Of a DNA stretch of 64,000 nucleotides, positions 38,855-52,275 are shown in pieces; the stretch's first letter is position 1, and each line of letters starts with the position of its first letter. The notes under the pieces were generated by a model. It saw only the letters and a program-made list of their open reading frames with translations, was not told where the DNA came from and did no database searches. The translations under genes and the position numbers were made by a program. Where the stretch lies: positions 24,748,630 through 24,812,629 of the forward strand of contig NC_092397.1 in NCBI RefSeq assembly GCF_030028105.1, written 5' to 3'. This DNA is from Mobula birostris (taxonomy: Eukaryota).

Positions 38855-38940
38855 CAACCAATCGCAGTAAGGAACCTTAATAGACACCTGGTTCAGCCAA
38901 TCAGAGGTGATGGACGGACCCTTTCCAAAAGAATAAAATC
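38855..38940 (+). promoter_or_regulatory. H3 promoter
   Basis: CCAAT at 38858 and 38897; TATA-like GAATAAAAT at 38931. Confidence 0.7.
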
Positions 38941-39002
38941 CTGTCCCGAAGCACGTTTCGTCTATCTTGTTCCTGTATTTCAGCCTGTGTTGTCGGTTCT
39001 GA

Positions 39003-39419
<417 letters not shown>

Positions 39420-39448
39420 ACCCAGCCTCCACAACAAGCACAAGAAAA

Positions 39449-39464
39449 GGCTCTTTTAAGAGCC
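39449..39464 (+). terminator. Histone 3' stem-loop (H3)
   Basis: GGCTCT-TTTA-AGAGCC, purine-rich AAAGGAAAGGGCTG downstream element. Confidence 0.95.
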
Positions 39465-40272
39465 ACTACCACAGCAAAGGAAAGGGCTGTCGCTTGCTGA
39501 TTATTGTAGTGACGATCTGCCTTCCTGATGGGGTTGTTCGGTTTTGCATTAACTGACCGCAATCATCAGCTGTTCTGTGCCGACAGGTTAATTCAGCGAG
39601 AGACAGGAGATGAACGCGCTCCCTCCCTGTCAGGGTCTCACCTGGCCCTTCACTTCTCCCACAAACCTGGCATGTACAACTGCTGCGGCTGTTACCGTTT
39701 TGTTTGCTTTCGACATGCCCGGCTGTCCTTGGAGTGGGAGCATGCGGTCGCGATGGGTACAGTGGGAGATTTCCGAGAGCGGTAATTATATATTTTTGAT
39801 TTTATTCTTGTAAATGTTGTGTAAATAAACTTTTGTAGCTGGTACCTGATTGAAGGTCAGTCGGCAAAGTCGCCGGGTAGGTTATCATATATCTTCCCCC
39901 TACAGTCCATCCCCAGAGACAGATCCCTCTCTCAAGACGCCCCCTCCCCTCTCACACAGGTTTCAGCAGTTCCCAATCAACTCAGCTGAATCGGGCTTTG
40001 GGATGCGAGGTGCGGAATCTCAGTCACGCTGTCCTGGAGCGGGAGAAGGAACTGGGCCTGCAGACCACCCCACCGGTCTCACTCTCTCTCACACACACAC
40101 AGCCCGAGTGAAACGCAGTGTTTCACTTCAAATCTGGGACGTCAGGGCCGCTCTGAATGTCAAAGAGGTACCGGGAAAATCGGGTTTTATGCGGTAAGTT
40201 CCCCCGCAAAACTCTTTCAGACCGCAGCGGGAATCACAATATTCACGATCAGCTCTTTTCTGAGATGTGGGT

Positions 40273-40288
40273 GGCTCTGAGAAGAGCC
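40273..40288 (-). terminator. Histone 3' stem-loop (H1)
   Basis: Minus strand GGCTCT-TCTC-AGAGCC-ACCCA followed by AAAAGAGCTG (U7 HDE consensus). Confidence 0.95.
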
Positions 40289-40324
40289 GTTGGGTTCAAA
40301 CACTTACAAACCGTATATCTTAAT

Positions 40325-40975
40325 TCACTTTTTGACTGCTGTCTTCTTGGCCGCCTTCTTCTTCGGGGCTGCGAGTTTCTTGGGGCTCTTTGGCTTCGAC
40401 GCCGCTGGTTTCTTAGCTGCCGCTTTTTTAGCCGCTGGTTTCTTAGCTGCCGTTTTTTTAGCCGCTGGTTTCTTCGCTGCCGCTTTTTTAGCCGCTGGTT
40501 TCTTCGCTGCCGCTTTTTTAGCCGCTGGTTTCTTCGCTGCCGCCTTTTTAGCCGCTGGTTTCTTGGCGCCAGACTTCTTGCTGGGAGATTTCTTGATGGC
40601 AGATTTCTTTACCGATGGCTTGTTCGCTTTCTTCACCGCTTTCACGGCACTTTTTCCTTGACCGGATTTAAAGGATCCCGAAAGACCCGTGCCCTTGGTC
40701 TGAACCAAGGAGCCGCTTTCCACTCTCTTCCTGATGTACATCCTGATCTGGGCGCGACGTTTCCCCACATCGACACCGCTGCTGGTCAGAGCCTTCATGA
40801 TGGCCACAGCGGACATCCCCTTCCTATCGCGACAATCCGCCACAATCTTATCGATTTGTTCGCCCAGTTTGGGACCGGCTGGTTTGCTCCGGCCGGCCGC
40901 CGCCTTCTTGGGAGTCTTCTTTGCGGCGGCGGGTGCGGCTGGAGGAGCCGTTTCGGCGGGTGCTATCTCGGTTAT
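40325..40975 (-). CDS. H1: Histone H1 (216 codons; initiator position reads ATA rather than ATG)
   Basis: Open frame (M)TEIAPAETAPPAAPAAAKKTPKK..PAGPKLGEQIDKIVADCRDRKGMS..GSLVQTKGTGLSGSFK plus K/A/P tail; the ORF track starts it 44 codons late at a GTG. Confidence 0.9.
   Translation of the reverse strand: MTEIAPAETAPPAAPAAAKKTPKKAAAGRSKPAGPKLGEQIDKIVADCRDRKGMSAVAIMKALTSSGVDVGKRRAQIRMYIRKRVESGSLVQTKGTGLSGSFKSGQGKSAVKAVKKANKPSVKKSAIKKSPSKKSGAKKPAAKKAAAKKPAAKKAAAKKPAAKKAAAKKPAAKKTAAKKPAAKKAAAKKPAASKPKSPKKLAAPKKKAAKKTAVKK
40401..40565 (-). repeat. 30-bp coding tandem repeat in the H1 tail (KKPAAKKAAA)n, about 5.5 copies
   Basis: GCCGCTGGTTTCTT(A/C)GCTGCCGCTTTTTTA with period 30. Confidence 0.9.
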
Positions 40976-41047
40976 GTCGGCGACTCTGGAAAATGCTTCT
41001 CACAATCAGACTGAATGAGAACTGAAGCGAAAGGCGGCGGCCCAGAG

Positions 41048-41122
41048 CAATTTAAAGACAGCGAGCGGACGGGGCGGAGACATCCTGCTGTCAGCTCCCG
41101 GAGACTTCATTTTTCTGTGTTT
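41048..41122 (-). promoter_or_regulatory. H1 promoter
   Basis: Minus strand: H1 box AAACACA 41116-41122, GC box CCGCCC about 41072-41077, TATA-like CTTTAAAT about 41050-41057. Confidence 0.75.
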
Positions 41123-41522
41123 CTCTCTCCTCAAAAACTCTCCGATTCCAATTAAAATCGGACACTCCGGAGACTCGGACTGGTCCCGGTCCGTCACTGA
41201 GGCCGCAAAGTTCGCCGGAAAGAGAGTTTAATCGGGATTAAAGGCAGCACTTTCTATTTTAACCCGTTTGATTACTGCACTGCCCGCGATCTGTCTCCAT
41301 TTTGTTGACCTGTTCTCTGCTTTTCGGCTGAAATTTTGAAACTAACTAAAACTTTGCGGTTAATTCCCGCTTCGGGACTGAACTGGGGAGTGGGGCGATC
41401 CCATAACAGAGAAATCTTTTCTTTTTGTACAGGAGGCGCTGGGAAATCCGGCGATGTGTTCGGACCCACAAACACAGTGATACTCGTCTAATCCGCCCGC
41501 CGCTTTAAAACACTCTCTCTGA

Positions 41523-41670
41523 ATCAGCAAGTCAGGCAGCATCAATGCTGAGAATGAACAGTCGACATTTCGGGCCGAGTCCCTTCATCAGGACTCTGGT
41601 GGGAGATGCTGCCTGACTTGCTGGGTTCCTCCAGCATTTTGGCCGCGTTGTTCGCCATTCCCAGAATCTC
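41523..41670. mobile_element. Penelope-derived fold-back element
   Basis: CAGCAAGTCAGGCAGCATC (41525) and its inverse GATGCTGCCTGACTTGCTG (41605) flank a hammerhead motif. Confidence 0.8.
41560..41595 (-). ncRNA. Minimal type I hammerhead ribozyme motif (core intact)
   Basis: Minus strand AGTC-CTGATGA-A-GGGACTCGGCCC-GAAA-T-GTC-GACT. Confidence 0.75.
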
Positions 41671-41879
41671 TTGGCGTTATGCTGACACAATGTTCACATC
41701 TGCACCTTCAGAGGCCTGTACTGCTGTCAGAACAAAACGACAGGTTCCTCGTCATATAACACGGTGATAAATCTGATTCTGATTCCAAGGAATAAAGGAC
41801 AAAGGACATTGTCTGGCCAAACTGACTATGTAACTGAGAACCTCGGGTCCGGGAAATATACCTTGGAAATCTTTTCTAC

Positions 41880-44750
41880 ACTTTCCCCAGTTTAACCACG
41901 TTTCCTATAATGGTGACAAGAGCTGTATACAAATCGGCAAGTGTGTCCTCCAGTCATTTACACAACTGTGACATAATGTCACAACTGATATACTCTATCC
42001 CCTGAGTAATGAAGACCAGCATGTTAAACCCCGTTCTTCACCACCCTGTCTGCAAGTGACACAACTTTCAATGAACTGTGTTCACTTTACCCCTAAATCT
42101 CTCCGGCCCATTCCAGTCCCCAATGACCGATCTTTCATAGTGTAAGTTCTACACTGGTTTGACTTTCCAATATGCACCGCCTCACACTTATCTGTATTGA
42201 AATGCATTTGCCACACTTGACCCTCTTCCCTAAGTGATCATGAGCACCCTGTAATCCGCGACATCCTTCTAAGTAAAGTTGAGGGAAGTTACTCCAACTC
42301 ATTAATAAAACTTTTGTGCACTGGCATTGATCAGTGAAGGTGATTAGTATCAAATTCAAAATCATGTTCATTATCACGGACATATGTCATTAACTTTGTT
42401 GTTTTGCTACAGCAGTACAGAGCAATTTCTTAAAAAAACAGTCGTGTAAAAAGAGGATCAGGGAGGGGTGTGAGTCCGAAGATGAGAATAGGAAACCTAA
42501 AACCTTGTCCATTCTTGCCTCTTTTACTCTTCATATATCTGAAAATAAATCTTTTTGTATCTTGTTTCTATTATTGGCCAGTTACTTTCATAATTCATCT
42601 GACTTCTGCATATTGTTGTTATAGTTGTTCTGTTTTTTTTGTTTTAAGTTTCATTATCCTTTAGCTTCCCAGTAATTTTGGTGATATTCTTTGCCCTCTC
42701 ATGTTCTTTTATGCTGCCTTTGTCTTCTGTTGTTAGTGATGGTTGCCTCATCCTCCCTTTTAAATACTGTTTCTGCTGAGGGATGAACCGATCCTGTGTC
42801 TGCCAAATTTCTCCTGGAGACTGAAACTTTTCATACAAGGTAATCTGGGAAAGTTGAAATGCCCAACTGCTGTAAACTTGTTCCCATTACCCCTCTGTGT
42901 GATTTACTAATATGTCTGCTGCACAATATCTGAGCCAATTGGGAGGCTGGTAGTATAATCCCATCAAAATCATCATTCATCATTTTATTTAAAACCTTTC
43001 CTTACAAGACCTCATCAAAACCCCTCTTATTACTGAAGTGTTGGTCTCCTTATTCAAAGATGCAACATCCCCCACCCATAAGGTAGCTTTTAAATGTTTC
43101 CCCTTCATCTTAAACAATTACCCTGTAAATTTAGGCTTCCCTACCCTACAAAAAGAGTGCTCACCTACTGATTTTGTAAACCTCTGGACGGTCACCAGAC
43201 AGCTCCTTACTCTCTCAGGAGAGAGAAAGAGAGTCCCAGTCTGTCCAGCTTCTGCTGATAATTAAAGTCCCCCAGTGTCAGTAACATTCTCATCAAACTT
43301 CCCTCCACACTTGCCAGCTTCATGGCATCTTTCCTGCAACTGGATGACCAGAACTGTGCAAAATACAGTCTGGTCTCACTTTGACTTTTACAGCTGTCAT
43401 ACGGCATCCCAAATTCCCTACTCAGTTCCCTGATCAATGAAGACAAATAGGCCAAACACCACCTTCACCATCCTGACTACCTGTGTTGTCTCTTTCAGTG
43501 AATGATGTTTCTGTATTTCATGGCCCTCTTCTGTAATACTCTCCAAGGGACAAGAATTTACTGTGCAGATCCTTCCCTGGTTGAACTTCTCATAATGCAA
43601 CACCTCAAACTTGTCCACATCAATATCCTTCTGCCATTTTTTGGCCGACTTCCCCAGTTAATCTCCATCCAATTGTACTCTCACACAATCTTCACAGTCC
43701 ACACTACCACCAACATTGCTGTCATCTGCAAACTCACTGTCACTACAATGTCAGAAAATTGTTAATGTAGATGACAACTGACAGTACCAGCACCGATCCC
43801 TGTGACTGTCACTGGTCAGAGGCCTCCAACCTGAATAACAAGCTGCCATGACCACCCTCTGCCTCCTTCCATCAAGACAAGTATCTTGTCTGGCATCTCC
43901 TCTGCTCTAAATGTGTAATACAAAAGAAATAAAGATTAAATCAAAATATATCTACCTATGGCCTACATCTCTCAGAAGAGACGAAACCTGAACTCCCCAC
44001 TCCAATTCTGGCCCACTCATACAATGACCGCTCTGGTTAAGTCTAACTTCTTTTTATTGGATCTTGCCACGTTCCGAATTATGGGCAATCAAACATTTCC
44101 TCGGGAACTGTGACATGCAAAATGTGCCAACTGCCCAGGTTCACTTCATCAAACTCCCTCTCCTTTTACATAATCTGATGACTGTGTGGGACTGTGGCAC
44201 TCAAAACTGTGGACTACAGGAAACCAGAGTACATGCCTGCACTGTTCTACAAGGCCACAAATGATTAAAAAAACGTTGTATAACAAACACTGGAATTCCC
44301 CAACTGAGATGATTGGGGAGGCTGGATAACTGAAAAGATTCAAAGAGAAGGAAGATAAATGTTTTGTAAAATCAGGGAAGTGGGATTGACATACAAGGAA
44401 GGCTGATGGCAGATCAGACTTTATATGGAATTGTGGGTGAGGGACTAAGAGAGGACACACTGGAGGGTTCATCCAGTGGGACAATGTGGATGGAGCTCAG
44501 GATAAGAGAGGTGCATTCACTGATGGGGTTATACCACAGGCCTCCCAAATGCCGGCAGGAGATAAAGGAACAGAAATGTAGCAGGTAATGAAAGATGTAA
44601 AAGCAACAGGGTAGTTGCAGTGGGTGACTAATTTCCCCAATGTTGACTGGGACTCCCTTAGAGTCAGGGGCTTAGATATCACCGAATATGTTAGAAGAAT
44701 ACTGGGATGTTACTTAACATAGAAGTGGATAGTCTAACCCAGGAAGGGAG
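41880..44750. mobile_element. Old CR1 relics
   Basis: YFAQFWSSSCRKDAMKLASV (43207 ORF), DKFEVLHY (43418 ORF), WMELR..LMGLYHRPP (44406 ORF). Confidence 0.65.
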
Positions 44751-44759
44751 CCATAGAAA

Positions 44760-45388
44760 CATAGAAAATAGGTGCAGGAGTAGGCCATTCGGCCCTTCGA
44801 GCCTGCACCGCCATTTATTATGATCATGGCTGATCATCCAACTCAGAACCCCGCCCCAGCCTTCCCTCCATACCCCCTGACCCCCATAGCCACAAGGGCC
44901 ATATCTAACTCCCTCTTAAATATAGCCAATGAACTGGCCTCAACTGTTTCCTGTGGCAGAGAATTCCACAGATTCACCACTCTCTGTGTGAAGAAGTTTT
45001 TCCTAATCTCGGTCCTAAAAGGCTTCCCCTCTATCCTCAAACTGTGGCCCCTCGTTCTGGACTTCCCCAACATCGGGAACAATCTTCCTGCATCTAGCCT
45101 GTCCAATCCCTTTAGGATCTTATACGTTTCAATCAGATCCCCCCTCAATCTTCTAAATTCCAACGAGTACAAGCCCAGTTCATCCAGTCTTTCTTCATAT
45201 GAAAGTCCTGCCATCCCAGGAATCAATCTGGTGAACCTTCTTTGTACTCCCTCTATAGCAAGGATGTCTTTCCTCAGATTAGGGGACCAAAACTGCACAC
45301 AATTCTCCAGGTGTGGTCTCACCAAGGCCTTGTACAACTGCAGTAGTACCTCCCTGCTCCTGTACTCGAATCCTCTCGCTATAAATGT
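44760..45388 (-). mobile_element. Young 5'-truncated CR1 insertion
   Basis: Uninterrupted ORF 44843-45400 (LVRPHLENCVQFWSP..FFTQRVVNLWNSLP); TSD CATAGAAA at 44752-44759 and 45389-45396. Confidence 0.93.
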
Positions 45389-45399
45389 CATAGAAAACA

Positions 45400-48300
45400 T
45401 TGTATTCGGAAATGAGCCTGGCCATTGATAGAAGTTTCATTTTGGGAACAGTAAATAAGGACAAGACTGGACCCGGTGGTAATATGGTCATTTGGGGTAC
45501 AGTTAATTGCAACTGTCTACATTGAACATGTAAATGATGTTTAAAAGCAATCGGGTCAGAATTCAGACAGAACTGTTTCTATGAGGAGGAAACACAAGGA
45601 TGGTAAAGTCTGGCAGAGGGGCATAGTGAGAGATGTTATGAATTCAGACTGAAAGAAAATGAAGGATAAGGAATATTTCAGAAGTAGAAATTGGAGAAAG
45701 CCTCTGGCAACATGAAACAAGTAAGAGAGAAGTTAGAGAGAGAATCAGAAGTGTGAAACGGGAAGAAGAAATAACTTTGGTGAGAAGGGGCACTGCGGAG
45801 AGGGTACGACAACACAAGCACAGAGGAGAGAGTTTATGTCTGAAGTGTGCGAGGGACTAAACCAGTACTTCTCATCAGTATTCATCAGTGTGGTCATGGA
45901 GGATAGTGAGATCAGAGAAGGGAATGCTGATATTCCAGGGCATGTTGTTCCTCAGGCAATAGAGACAAATTATAGACTGGTGAGTCTTGGATCAATGTTC
46001 GGGAAATTATTCGAGAATATTATTAGAGATAGGATCTCTAATAAAAGTTTGGAGGGTAAAAGGAGGATATCATGATTCAGAAGGCAAAGTGAGCAAAATC
46101 CAAGGGATTCTCTTGGTATATTCATAGGAAAAGTTAAGTTAGACACAGAATCACCCTTGGAGGTGAACATGGCCATCTGTGTGTGGAGGCAAATGAAATA
46201 GGAGAGGCTTTCCATGAATATTTCTGACAGTTATTTCACCATTGCAAAAATTCTTTAAGGTTGTTAAATCTCCAGGGCTTTATCAGGTACATTCTCGTAC
46301 TTTGTGGGAAGCTGGAGAATACACTGTGGAGGCCAGGGGGGAGATTATTTTGCTTCATCTCAGGCACCAGTTGAGGTTGCACATGATTGGACAGGGTGAA
46401 TAATGTGGAATTGATAGTTTTGAGGCCCAGACTGTGGATGATATGCAGAGGCAGGCTGTGTTGAGGAAGCAGGGAGTCTGCAGTAGCACTTGGACAGATT
46501 TGGAGAATGGACAAGGAAGTGCCAGATGAAATACAGTGTAATGAAGTGTGTGGTCATGTACTCTGGTAGGAGGAATAACAGCCTAGGCTCTTTCTAAACA
46601 GGGAGAGAACAGAAATCAGTTGTGTGAAGGGTCTTAGTGCACGATTCCCGAAAGGTTAATGCACACATTGAGTTGGTAGTGAGGAAGGCAAATGTAATAC
46701 TTGCATGCATTTCAAGAGAACTAGAAAATAAAACAAGGATCTAATGCTGAGGCTTTGGTCAGACCTTATTTGGAGTATCATGAGCAGGGTTGGGTAACTT
46801 TTCTAAGAAAGGATGTGCTGGCATTGCAGAGGCTGTAGTGGAAATTCACGAGAATGATCCCAGGACTGAAAGAGTTAGGATGTAATAATCATTTGATAAT
46901 CTGGGCCTGCAGTCACTGGAGTCTAGAAGAATGAGGGAGAATCTTATAGAAACACATTGAATATTGAACGGCCTAGATAGCGTTGATGTGAGAGGATGTT
47001 TCCAATAATGGAGGAATCTAGAACCAAACCACACCCTCGATAGAAAGATGCCCCTCTAGAATAGAGATGAGTAATTTCTTTAGTCAGAAGGTGATGAATC
47101 AATGGATTTCATTTCCACAGGCAGCCATAAAGGCAGTCAGTGGGTTTATTTAAAGCAGAGGTTAGTAGATTTTTAATTATTATTAAGGGTATGAAAGTTT
47201 ATGGGTAGAAGGCAGGAGAATGGGGTTGAGAGGGATATATGATGGAATGGCAGAACAGACTGAATGGGCCAAAAGGCCTAATCCTGCTCCTGTGACTTCA
47301 GGACTGATGGTTTATGCGCTGCCATTGTTCAAAAAGGGTAGTGGAAACTACAGGCCCATCAGTCTGTAATTTGTTGGAGGAATTTCTGATGAACAGGATC
47401 CACCAAAATTTGGTTTGATTCAAGACAGTCAGCACAGTTTTGTGCAAGGAAAATTATGTCTGGTAATTTCTTGCAGCCCTTTGAGGGGTTTCACAAGGAC
47501 GTAGATGAGGTTAGGGCTGTGGATGTTGTTTATATGGACATTAGCCAGGCCTTTGACTATAGTCTGGAAGGTTAGATCTAGAAACTGGAATCTGGGGAGA
47601 TGGTTGATCGATTCCATAATTGCCTCTGTGACAGGAGGCAGAGGCTGATGGTTGAGGGTTGTGTCTCAGACTGGAGCTGTCTGTCTAGTCGTGTGCCACT
47701 GGGTGACAGGACCTTTGTTGTTTGTAATTTATATAAATAATGTCCATGTGAATGTGTAATTCACTGAAAGTGACGTCTCAGCTAGATACGGTGGTGAAGA
47801 TGGGGTTTGATCTGCTGGCCTTCATCATTCATGTCACTGAGTACAAGAGTTGAGAAGAAGTGTTGCAGATACACAAGTCTTCGGTGAGGACTGATTAAAG
47901 GAAACCATGCTGACTTTGGCCTATTTTTTCATGTGTTGCCAAGTACCCGAAAATACATCCTTGACAATTGACTCCATCATCTTCCCAACCACTGAGATCG
48001 GACAAGCTGGCCTATGATTTGCTTTCTTCTGCTTCTCTCTCTTCTTTAAGAGTGGATGACCTTTGCAATTTTCCTGTTCTCTGGAACCACACCAGAATCC
48101 AGAGATTATGGAAAGATTATTACTAAAACTGCCACAATCTCTTCAGCCACATCTTTCATAGAATTGGTGTAGATAATCTGGTCCAAGGGAATTTTCTACC
48201 TTCAGACCTTTCAGTTTCCCAAGGACCATCTCCCTAGTAAAGGCAAAATCACTCATTTCTGCCCCCTGATTCTCTTGAATTTCCAGCAGACTGCTAATAT

Positions 48301-50350
48301 CGTCCCCAGTGAAGACTGATGCACAATACTTATTCAGTTTGTCTGCCATTTTCCTGTACCCCATTACTACCTCTCCAGTAACATCTTCCAATGAACTAAT
48401 ATCTACTTTTGCCTCTCTTTTACACTTTGTATATCTGAAGAAACTTCTGGTATCCTCTTTAATACCAGTGGCTAGCTTACCTTTGTATTCCAACTTTTCC
48501 CTCTCTTCATGAGTTTTTTTGTTGCTTTTTGTTGGTTTTAAAAGTTGTAAATACTCTGAGAGTCAGGGACATCTCGGAGCAGATACAGAACAGGGGGATG
48601 GTGTTCATTCAGCCAGAGATGGTGATTCACATCGGTACCAATGGACAGGTAGAAAAGGGATGATGTCCCACAGAGAGTTAGGGAAGAAGTTATGGAGCAG
48701 AACCTGAAATGTTGTAATCTCCAGTTTACTCCTAGTGCCCTGTGATGGTAGGGATACAAACAGAAAGTGAGAGCTGATGAATGTGTGGCTAAGGAGCTGA
48801 TACAGGGACAGGGTTTCAGGATTACAGAACATTGGAACCTCTTCTGGTGCTGGGGTGACATTTACAAGAGGGATGGTTTGCAGTTTCACTGGAGGGCGGT
48901 CAGGATCATGAGGTTCATTGCTGCACCTTATGAGGGTTGAAACGAGATTGACAGGGGGATGTGAAACAGAACACCAGTCACTGAATGGAGAGATTGAAGC
49001 TGAGTTAGATGCCAGGCACAGCAATATGTAATGATGGATTTTGAGGCAAATCCACATCTGACCTGGAGTTTGTTTAAAGACCAGTGCAGTGTTTCAGGGC
49101 CAGTTTTTTCCAGTAAGAGGGAGGGTCAAGAATGGCAAGGTTCAGGAACCTTGGATGATGAGACAGGAAGTTAATTTAATCGAGGAGGAGGAAGAAGCAT
49201 AAGTAAGGCTTAGGAAGCTAGAATCAAACAGGGTGTTTGAGGACTATATTTAAAAAATAGGGGAACTCAAGAATGTTTGGAGAGCTGGAAACACTGATGA
49301 AAAATCTCCGGCAAGTAGGATTGAAGATAATCCCATTGCATTTTGTACATTCGTTGTGGTGAAAAGGATACCTAGGGCTGCACCTTGGGAGATCCAACAT
49401 CAAGGGTGTGTACACAGTTAATGGCAGGAACATTAACAGTATTGACAAAGAGAAGGATGTCGAGGTTCAGAGACATCGGTTCCCTAAAACTGGGAGCACA
49501 GGTTGACAGGGAGGTAAAGTCGGTGTATGGCATGTTTACCTTCATCAGGCAAGGCACTGAGTTCAAGCCCCAGGACATGATGTTACAGGTTTATAAAATG
49601 CTGGTTAGGCCACATTGGGAGTATCGTGTTCAGTTCTGATCACCTCATTATAGGAAGCATGTGGAGGGTTCGGAACAGGATGTCTGGAGGAGGTGTGCGC
49701 TGAGGAGAGGCTCGACATGCTGAAACTTTTTTCTTCTGGAGTGGCGTCGGCTCAGGAGAGATTTGATAGAAACCTGTGGAATTTTGTGGTCATAGTTGGT
49801 GTAGACAGCCAGTAATATTTTTCACAGAAGGCATGTATTTAAGCTCAGAGGAAGAAAGTGAAGACAACAGATTGATGGAGACATGGAATGCACTGCCAGG
49901 GGTGGTGGCAGAGGCAGAGAGCACAGGAGTATTTAAGGAAATCTTAGACAGTCACAAGAATATGTAGAGAAGGGCCAAAGGGCCACTCCTGTGCTGTCTT
50001 TTGTTCTCTGAACAGCAGATGGCCCCGGGCATGGATCCGTGCAGGAGACTGGGATATTATATCTCCAACAGAAAAAATGATTGTCGGAGGGGCAGGACCG
50101 ACAGCTCAGTTTCACAGTACAAATGCTACAGGTACGATGGAGTGGAGGGGAGAGAAGAGAAGACAGAGATGTGTTTGACCAGAGAGAACATCTCAGTGGT
50201 ACTTAGAGAAGACATCCCTGGGGGTTGCCGCATCATGTATACTGGGACCGCCGCACTGCAAAAGGGCTGGTGGTGCAGAATTTATTCTGTGTGTCCAGTT
50301 TTATCAATCAGTATTTAGAAGTTCCTACTAGAGACAGGACAGCACTGAAC
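45400..50350. mobile_element. Patchwork of old CR1 relics, both strands
   Basis: LNQYFSSVF..NYRLVSLGS (45836 ORF), IKEDTRSFFRY..LNKYCASVFT (48143 ORF), LVRPHWEYRVQF (49385 ORF). Confidence 0.7.
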
Positions 50351-50379
50351 CTCCTTGTCGATCCACCCACCCCCTCCCT

Positions 50380-50447
50380 TTTCTTCCTGGCACAAACAAA
50401 AGTCTGTATCAGAGCGACCCACCGCCTCACAGAGGGAGCCGTGTCTC
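50380..50447 (+). pseudogene. Orphan, decayed histone H4 3' end
   Basis: GCACAAACAAAAGTCTGTATCAGAGCGACCCACCGCCTCACAGAGGGAGCCGTGTCT aligns with the H4 3' flank at 38351-38408 (GCACAAAACAAAGGCTCTTCTAAGAGCCACCCACCGCCTCACAAACGGAGCCGTATCT). Confidence 0.8.
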
Positions 50448-50993
50448 GGGAGATCTGACTAAACTGACCCTTTCTTTGCAAATGTTCATTTATATTTCAG
50501 AGACCCAGGCGGACGAGATTTTCAGTAAATACTGTCAGTTCCATACGGTAAATGTACTTTTGTAAATAAATGTAAAGCTGCAAATCAATATTGTTCTGTG
50601 AGGCGGTGGGAATTGCTCATGAAGCGATCAGCGGAACGGTCCGGGGTCAACCCGCAATGTGAAACCCAGACAACGCGGTTTCAGGTCATGAAGACCGGAA
50701 TCGTTCAATGATCGGAAATTAAATTCACCCTTCGGGGGCTGACTCTGAAAGTTAATTTCCCCGCCCCGCAAGGGGAGAGAGCTCCATTCAGACAGCAGAG
50801 AGGGGAAATGAGTCAGGGCGAAGCAGACCGCGTACTGTGCAGACTTATACCGGTTTAATTCGCGGAAGAAACACGACAGAAGGAGAGAAAACGTTACCAG
50901 CGATGCCTCCGATCGGGGCCGTGTCAAATACACAGCCGAGTTATTCCGAACGGTAATCACCAGCTATTCAGCTCTTCTACAGACACTGTGAGT

Positions 50994-51009
50994 GGCTCTG
51001 AAAAGAGCC
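50994..51009 (-). terminator. Histone 3' stem-loop (H2A)
   Basis: Minus strand GGCTCTTTTCAGAGCC then AGAAGAGCTG HDE. Confidence 0.95.
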
Positions 51010-51039
51010 TTTGGGTAAATAGGTTCAGTTTACGTCGCT

Positions 51040-51682
<643 letters not shown>

Positions 51683-52228
51683 ACTCTTTGTTCAAATTTA
51701 ATCTGAAATTAAATCATTGCTGATCTGTTTGAGGACTGGGTCTTCGTATTTTCCCCTGTTACTGAAACCGGGCACATTAAATGCAAGTGTAGTTGATAAT
51801 GGAGTGTCTGGGAACTCAAATTTCTTTCAACTCGTAAAGGAACCGAGTAAAACTGACACTCAGCTTCTGCCCGGTGCTGGTCATTGTGTAAACGTTATGA
51901 GGTAATGGTCAAACGGTTCTTCTCAAACTGTGACCAGCGGCTAGTCTGCAATTTTAAAAAAAAACTGTTCTATGAAAGAACCGTGTAGTCGTTCCGGCCT
52001 CGCATTGAAATAAGATTCAGAGAAGTTACCTAACTCCAACTAATAAACTCCTGAACCCACAGCTAAAACAGCAACGGGAGTGGGAGGAATGTTAAACACC
52101 AGGATTATAGGGGGAAGATGAAGCGGATATTCCAACCGCTCTTTAGCTCCTGTAAAAGTCACCACACAAAAAACGTGCGCCATGTATTGCCTAAATGCTG
52201 GTACAACTCTCTCAGTGAAATCGTGAGT

Positions 52229-52244
52229 GGCTCTTAAAAGAGCC
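52229..52244 (-). terminator. Histone 3' stem-loop (H2B copy 1)
   Basis: Minus strand GGCTCTTTTAAGAGCC-ACTCA then GAGAGAGTTG. Confidence 0.95.
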
Positions 52245-52275
52245 GTTGTGTTTTCGATCATCGCACTGGGAAGCT

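Noticed and set aside
40157-41018. Plus-strand ORFs of 285, 123 and 94 aa
   Set aside because: Antisense shadows of H1; likewise 37696/37883, 38901, 52408 and 60788 over H4, H3 and H2B
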